Positions 56,567-64,000 of a stretch of DNA of 64,000 bases are shown piece after piece. The notes beneath the pieces are model-generated. The model was not told where the DNA came from. It was given only the letters and a program-made list of their open reading frames with translations, and did no database searches. The DNA comes from Octopus vulgaris (taxonomy: Eukaryota), in the NCBI GenBank assembly GCA_951406725.2, contig OX597832.1, forward strand, positions 9,734,001 through 9,798,000. The letters are read 5' to 3'. Made by a program: the position numbers and the translations under genes. How positions within the stretch are numbered: position 1 is the stretch's first letter; each line of letters starts with the position of its first letter.

Positions 56567-56625
<59 letters not shown>
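56505..56625. repeat. (TG)n and (GATA)n microsatellites
   Basis: Directly visible. Confidence 0.95.
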
Positions 56626-57076
56626 AAGAGAGTAAGAGAGCAGTTTTATTTTAAAATGTGTGTAGTAATGTTGATGTACTTTTAAGCTACCGTCTCTCTA
56701 ACGTGAAACCGAAGGCAATCTCTATAAATTTAGAATTCCCTACGGAGAACGGGACCGTATCTTTATATGCATAGTATCTGACAGCTACTTTTTCGAAAAG
56801 AGAGCATCTCTGAGTGATCCTGTATATGCAAACGCAGAAATCACTATCATTTAAGTGCCCTATTAGCTGTCACGTGTACTTTTACCGAATTTCAATATTT
56901 CAATAATTAGTTTTCGTCAAATTTTAATCGTATAATAGGAATTACCAAACCACAGATATCTATTTTTATTTGGGAAATGAATAAAATCTTTAAACAAATT
57001 CCCCGTTTTTGTGACAAATTCTTTTAAACGGACAATGAAATTACTGGGAATCTTTCGTTTTATTTCAACCCATATT

Positions 57077-58698
57077 TGTTATAGGTATGATAGGAATAAT
57101 GGCACACCTCACCCACGTGACAAGAAGGTATGAAATCTCACTACAAATAGAAGAATACGAGCCAGTATGAAAGAGTAGGTAGTAGGCAGTCAGAAATAAT
57201 TCCGTCTTTACTGGTTTTACAAAGTATACCGTATACCGAAGTCTGCGTTATAGCAATCCAACATTTTAAGGAGTATAACATTCGCAACGAGGATTTATAC
57301 AACACACGAGGAATTAATAAGCTCTTCGTTGTTTTGATTTGTGAATTTTACGAAAAAAAGCAGGAAGAAAAACTATGATGTAAACCTACAGCAAGTGTGA
57401 GAAAAATGTGAAAGGATGGTCAAATTAAAACATGGCACAGAAGAAATTGAACGTAAAGATTGTTTCCAAGTAAAACAAGTGAGAAATAGTCAGGATAGAG
57501 ATGAAGCGTTTTCTATAAAACACGACAAAAATCAAGAAATATACCCATGTTTGAAAGTGGAAGTATACAGCTGAGGGGGAAAAAGTGCATTTAAAAAAGC
57601 AGAGTGTTTTCGTTGTGTTCATACAGGAAATATAAAGATGCACTGTAGAACGAAGATGGCTAAATGTCAGAACAAATGAAAAAAGAATAAAGAGTATATC
57701 ACCGGAAAAAATTGATAATATGACGATGAGTATATTTGTGAAGGTGAAAATCAGAAATGCAAGTGTTAAAATGAAATTAGACACTGGAGGTGATATTACC
57801 ATAAGAAACAAACACTTTGAAAATATGTCGGTAAGCGGAAATTAATTAAATCGAATAAGGTAGCACATGGTGTTACCGGAAATAGATTATATTTTTTTGG
57901 TGAATTCGTATGTAGTGAAATATTTCGAGGTGAAACAAAAAGGGAAAGATAGATGTGTTAATATTTCACTTAATTTATTCCGCATAGAGTAGATGGAACT
58001 ATTCAAAATATAGAATATGCCCATTAGTGTTTTGAAAAAAATATAACCACTTCAGTCGCGAGTCGGAATGCGGCTAAGTGGCAAGAAAAGAAAATGTCCC
58101 AGAGAAGACATAGCAAGGTTGTTTAAGACTGGTGAACATGTGTTTGTGAGGGCATACCGGAATGGAAAACAGAATTAGAAAGATGGTGTAATTACCAAAT
58201 GCATAGGTAACATGATGTATTGTGTAAAAAGTAGACAAGGCATACAAAGGAGACACCGGAACCAGCTGAAAAATATTAGTGGAAATCGAACCAAAGAAAT
58301 TGAAGGTACGGAGGGAATGGTTATGCGATGCGTTCCAAGCACCAGTGCCACTGCAAATGATTGAAAGCTGGTATACAAGTGAGAGTAAAAGAAAACAGAG
58401 TTCCTGAAAATATATGCCAACCACGAAAATACTTTAAATGCGTAACTAATAATAAAAAGCTCTAAAAGTAGTGGTGGTGTGAAATATTGTTACCCTTAAC
58501 CGACATTTCCTCAGTAAAAACTTAAAAGGTGAGATGTTTTAGAGATAACAAGAATGAAGATACACCCCTTGCACTTGACAAGTGGTATGAAATGGTGACT
58601 ATAAATACGAGAGTTCCTAGTTGGCGGTCAGGGATAATCATGTCTTTTCTGGGTTTACTAACTATACGATGTACCGAAGTGGGTGTTTTAACAATCCA
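57077..58698 (+). mobile_element. Old, internally deleted Ty3/Gypsy LTR retrotransposon with two diverged LTRs (~57077-57263 and ~58535-58698)
   Basis: Zn-knuckle remnant ECFRCVHTGNIKMHC, protease MKLDTGGDITI and integrase C-terminus DGVITKCIGNMMYCV...RRHRNQLK. The LTRs share tgacaag..ggtatgaaat and taccgaagt..caatcca, have TG...CA ends, and a purine tract precedes the 3' LTR. Confidence 0.8.
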
Positions 58699-59380
58699 TG
58701 TGAAATTTTTAGTTTTTACATGTATTGAACCCAGTTTCATGAATTGTAAATTATATATTGGCTAAATTTTAAATGCGAACGTAAACTGAAGCAAGAAATT
58801 GTGAGGATTACTTGTGATCCATCATTTATAGGCTTACTGAAGTGGATATAGCTATTTTCGTAGGATACTAAATGAGATTATTTGGTAAGTTGCATGATTT
58901 CTGGCAACTGTCATAATTTTATGTGTCTACACAGCTATATTATGTCTTCTCGAATTACTTGTTGTAGGGATTGTACTATTGACACTTCATTCGATTTAAT
59001 AGGAACACAATTATTTCGAGTGTTTTCACTCACTGAAAATACCAAATCTAAATGTAATCATTAAGTATAAAATAGTATTTTCCTCGTGCCGGGAATACAA
59101 TTATTCTATGTTCATTAAATGCTTAAACTACTTTAGCTATGAAGTGTTATTTTGATTGCTTCAGCATGTTTGAACTAAAGTTCATCGTAAAATAGCTGAT
59201 GCACGTTTTACTTATAATTTCAATATAGGGAATTGTTTTCAAATTAAATATCATGTAGCAAAATAAACACCTTCAATAGAAGTTCACGGCGAATTCAATG
59301 TAACCGCACGTTATTAAATTGACAGACTGAGATTGAAGACTTAAGTATGGTAAAAACAACATGAACCAAATATAGCATTG

Positions 59381-59426
<46 letters not shown>

Positions 59427-60784
59427 GTGTGTGTGTGTGTGTTTGTTATATTACATTGTACAATGTACATATATGTACATTGTTATATTCATTGTTCAAC
59501 ATTATAATTCGTTTTATGCTAAATATTAGTATTATCTGTCGCTACAGTAATTATTGCGAATCGTATTAATCATAATCACCCGAAAGTAAATGAATAACTG
59601 GCGTATCTTGTCTTTCTAATTCATTACCACTCATATAGCAAATAATGTTTTATCGTTTCCATTGAATTAGAAAGATATATTTAACCTCACGATTCCGTAA
59701 CGGCTCTCAAGATCCGAGTTGTAATTACATTGAAAATATCAACGTAATCTAAAATTCTCAATAAATACATTAATAAATAAATTGTACACAAAACAACACA
59801 AAAAAATATTCGAAAACATAAAGAAATAATAGAAATCAAGTATGAACCATTCTGAAAAATGTGCCTATTGAGTTGAGAAACTTGAGTATATTGTCTTGAA
59901 ATATATTTATATGTTCTTGTTCATCTTCGGATAATTACACCATTGAAACTGATTTATCACGTTTACGATAAGATTAGGATTATTTTTAATTAGAAATGTG
60001 AACTGTTTGTGCATTTTTGATGTAGGATACACCGTATCAGATAACATACGGTTGTATTTCTTAATGGATAACGGCAGAGATTGAAATCAAAACATTTGTT
60101 CGCTGTCAGATACTGTTTATATTAAAATTTACCGTACATTTAGTAAACGTCATTCAGGAAAAATAATTCTGCTTCACTGTTGTGTTTTTTAAGAGAATAT
60201 AAAATTCAAAGTGTGTTTAATCAAATAAATTAATAATTGTTTAATAACTAATTTTCCATTACGGCTTTAGAACAGGTTAATGAATATTGTATAGATATTA
60301 TTGTTCCATATATTTTATGCTTTTTCTCAAGTTAATTTTCAAAATATTTCTTTTCGTCCCATCTTGTATTATTCTTTTCTTTTTATTTCCTTTGAAATGC
60401 AGTAATTGTTATGACGTCTAACAGAGAAATTAAAGCTGCTGCTCTCAAGCATGCATCTTGAAGCAACACGTTTTGACGATTGCGTTATTGTCGCATTATA
60501 GTTGCTGTTATTGCTATTATTTAGATTGTTTATGTATTTATTGACAGCACTTTATCAATACTGCTCCTGTTATGTATAACGCCTCCTTGTTATTAATATT
60601 TTCATTTTATCTCAACCTCTCAAATCGTGATATCTCGATCTAATTTTCCTTGAACTGTTGCCTTTTCAGAAGAGCCAGTAAAGAAATTTACTGAACGTAT
60701 ATAAAAAATCATTGAGGAATAAATGAAACAATCATCTACAAAATTTATATTTAAATGCTCTATATATTTGAATTTATGTTACAG

Positions 60785-60823
60785 GATGAACGAAAAATTC
60801 GAGTTGATAACTTAGGAGATGAG
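60785..60823 (+). other. Possible 39-nt host exon (DERKIRVDNLGDE)
   Basis: ttatgttacag acceptor, GAG|gtaaga donor, in-frame and stop-free. No homology was recognised. Confidence 0.2.
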
Positions 60824-61569
60824 GTAAGAAGGTATATACTCGTTTCAAAATTCATTTGGTTTTGGTGCCAAATGCGTTATTCGCTTCCAATAGTATTATG
60901 GAGAAACAAAACTATATTCAAGCCGATAGTGTATGTCTCAGTCGACAACGGTTGTTATGGTCTGAAATACAAAGATCTTTTCCGCTGATATTTCTCGTGA
61001 AACCTCCATACATCATTGCAATTAATATTGGCGTAAGACGCTAAAAGTTCTGCATTGTTAGTGAGACAACAATTATATATTGATTATTTCTCTCTCACAG
61101 CGGGTAAATTTTCAGAAATATAGCCTCAGTTATAAGTATCACACGGTGTTTGTCTAGTTTTTTTTTCCGAATGATTCCAATGCATAAAGCAGCAGACGTG
61201 AATCAATTTCGATAATGTTTATTTCTCTTTAATTTCTGTACGTTCGAATAATTACAATTCCGTGATTTACTGAAAAGGAAACAATATAAGTATCAAAATA
61301 TGTAATGGAAAATTAAAAACCTTCAGATATTCATTCATAATCCACAGGCAAGTATGATCTTCTCTGCAGTTATTAAATGCGCTGTTCAAAAGTTTAAGGC
61401 CACGGTCATTTGTCTGTCTCTCTATAAATTATGAAGGTGGATTATTCGAAATTTACAACCCAAAGTCACAGGTATAGATGTCACTAAGGTGGCTAAGGGT
61501 GCTAGTCAACACCAGCATTCATTGAAATATGAATCCAAATATCTCTTAGCCACGGGAAAGCACTTATCT

Positions 61570-62630
61570 AATGAATGACAAGGGGAACATGTTCCCTAAA
61601 ACTAGCGGGATTATCAATGCTTTCGGATTTCACAAATCCTCATCAGTTAGGTGTAACACTCGATCGCCGAGGGTTACATGTCACACACCTTGTCAGATCC
61701 AATCGATGCAATTGTAATAATTTCAAAGAAAGATAAAGAATAAATGGTTTACCACGGACGACGTACCCTTTGGTCAATATAATCCGTTGAATCGTGTTCA
61801 TAGGAAAGAAACAATTCAGAAGGTTATTTTGTGGTTTCATCTGAATATATCAGGAAATTAAATAACGTGACACAATGCTACCATATGATGATATTAGGAG
61901 ACCAGCAAAAGAGTTCCAAAGATAATTGTGCCCACGTCTGCAGCAGGATAATATATTGTCATGAACATGAGAGACAAATCTCAGGAGTGTAAAGGAGAGG
62001 TTCGGATATCACTCGGAGTAAAGTTATGTGCAATTGTCATCAAAGCAATCAGTTCGTGGTTATTTAGATATGATAGTGCCTGCTGTGTTTAGGTGGACAT
62101 ACATTGTGTGCAATATACTGGATTAAGAAGGGAAGTTGTTTCCCGTAAATAACACAGAACTACCTGATATGAATATCGCCAGTTTCTATTTTGAAAGGAG
62201 GATAGAAGGCAGAGGATTGTTAGAAACGCAGAGAACAACATTTTGGGGATTTGGGATTTGGGATTCGAAAATCGTTTTTGATGTGAGCAAACATATTTGT
62301 CTACGGGTAAAATGAAATTAATATGGCTGAAAGACTGAAGGAAGCCTAAGGTAATACTGAAATGACAGAAGAAATAGACAATTATTGGATGAAATCTAAC
62401 AGATGGTTGTCATAATTCAACTAAAAGATGGTTGTCATAATTCAACTAAAATATGGGTGTCGTAATTCAGTAAAAGTAATCGGCGGTGACAGTTGGATCA
62501 TGTTGATCCGTTAAAGCACTAAATCAGAATATATGAAAGGAGCGATGCGTACATCAACAGTTTTACACAGAAAGGATTTAATCAACACACAAAGACTGCG
62601 CTACTAAACTGAAAGTCACGGCTTACTAAC
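61570..62630 (+). mobile_element. Very decayed R4/Dong-like LINE remnant
   Basis: Faint collinear motifs (..R..EGRGL, VKVI..VG, KTALL) and purine-rich + strand skew. Includes a 25-bp tandem repeat at 62401-62475. Confidence 0.35.
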
Positions 62631-62989
62631 GGATGTTTTGCATGTCAAACTTAGTCTGAATATTCCTGTGTGTATAGTTTGTGTATTATCATGACGGAAC
62701 CAATGTGAGGTTCAATGGAATCATGTCTAACAGAGATATCTTAATGAATATTAAACACAGAAATATGTCAGTAACAAAAACTGTGTATAGCAGAAAAGGA
62801 AAGAATTGCTAGACACACATTTGTATTTCTTTGAGCGTTATCAGTAGCAAGCATCCAGTAACAATCACACTACCGAATCAGATTTAATATATTTTATACA
62901 GAAAAAAAAACCTTCATTGGGAAATTACTGTTGTCCGAAGTATCTGGCAGGTTGGATAAATTAGCTAATTCGGATGGATGATGATGGAG

Positions 62990-63830
62990 CAACCCAATCA
63001 CCGCAACTGCACTAATGTGCGATTAAAATTCTCTCAGAAAAATTGTGTATCTGGCTGTATGGAAACGAGCCGGAACCTGCTGCCACACATATGGCCCCCA
63101 AACAGCTGCTCTCTCCAGCAGGAGTTTTTTCACAGTCTCCAACAGCTTCAAAAATGTTTGACAGCCTGACGTCCTCTAAACTGGCGGTACACAAAGACCA
63201 TAAGATTTGGGAGGAATTTGGTTTTCATGATACCTGAAGCACCACATGTATTATACACAAGATATCTCTAGTTCTGGGTGGTATGTAACTGGTCACCGCA
63301 GAAGATATCTTTTCATTTGCAAAGAAAAAGATTGTCCTCTGTTAAATAGATTGCCTTAATTTGTTACTGAGGTTTCTGCTTCCATGAAGTAGCTCATGAC
63401 TGTCATCTGTTTCCCTTGGACCTCTTGCTCATGTGTGACCATATGTCCTTTTTTAGGATTGACTCCATGGTGGGTACTCTAATACACATCAATTTCGCTA
63501 AAGCAAGGATTCCCTTGTTGGGACACTCAAAATCGTCATTTGCAGTTGTTGGATGAACTTCAAAGTACTGCCGAGTTGATCCATCTTCGAAATAGAATGG
63601 CCTTGCTAGAGATGCTGCGAAACCTTCATTATGCAAAATAGTTGGGAGCGGAAGAGGGAAATTCAATATCATGCGTCCCATATCAAAGATTATACTGCTG
63701 ACCATATTTAAGACCAGCGTGAGATATTTTCGTTAGATATTTACAGCATTTATAATTGGCAATTTCCCTAAACTAAAAAGGTGAAGGTATAATTTCCATA
63801 TATTCTTTAGGAATCTCTTTACCGGATTAT
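62990..63830 (-). mobile_element. Fossil Tc1/mariner-superfamily transposon (DD37D/maT-like)
   Basis: Minus-strand translation gives PNKGILALAK...TMESILKKDI (HTH), LSNKLRQ..IFFFANEK (FSDEK motif), GPYVWQQVPARFHT (YVWQQDSAPCHT motif) and SENF. Confidence 0.7.
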
Positions 63831-64000
63831 GATGAAATTTTGATTTAATTCCTTGTTTATCGCGTATCCCTAAAACTTTAAAATGTGAGAGGGGTTAACA
63901 TATTAATTTAATCAGTTGACATTCTCAAGATTATTATCCGGTGAAATTATTGTTTCACCGGATAATAATAATTTCAGATTATAATAAATTATCTTTGCAT

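Noticed and set aside
62978-63169. HIWPPNS in a + strand ORF, resembling the Tc1 WPPNSPDL motif
   Set aside because: The minus strand of the same bases gives GPYVWQQ...HT, collinear with the rest of the minus-strand transposase, so the match is treated as coincidental.

Overview
This window is AT-rich, microsatellite-saturated eukaryotic non-coding DNA (intron or intergenic). The SINE families and repeat style point to an octopus or other coleoid cephalopod genome (inference from recognition, not a search). No host protein-coding gene can be supported, and nearly all short ORFs in the track are microsatellite artefacts. The identifiable content is transposable elements. These include a young 5'-truncated CR1-group LINE with an unbroken 779-aa ORF (1.7-4.1 kb) and a young GIY-YIG Penelope-like element with ~890-bp inverted ends (29.1-34.2 kb). 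There are also Dong/R4-type elements in (TAA)n tracts, mariner/Tc1 fossils, a non-autonomous Helitron, an internally deleted Gypsy element, a Tx1/L1 fossil and three tRNA-derived SINE families. The main finding is in the Penelope-like element: an upstream ORF1 is joined to an AUG-less RT-GIY-YIG ORF by a correctly phased T-TTT-TTA -1 slippery site. Its terminal repeats also carry a variant (U3-A8) minimal hammerhead-like motif, and several decayed hammerhead-like motifs occur elsewhere near (TA)n tracts. All alignments and folds were done by eye.
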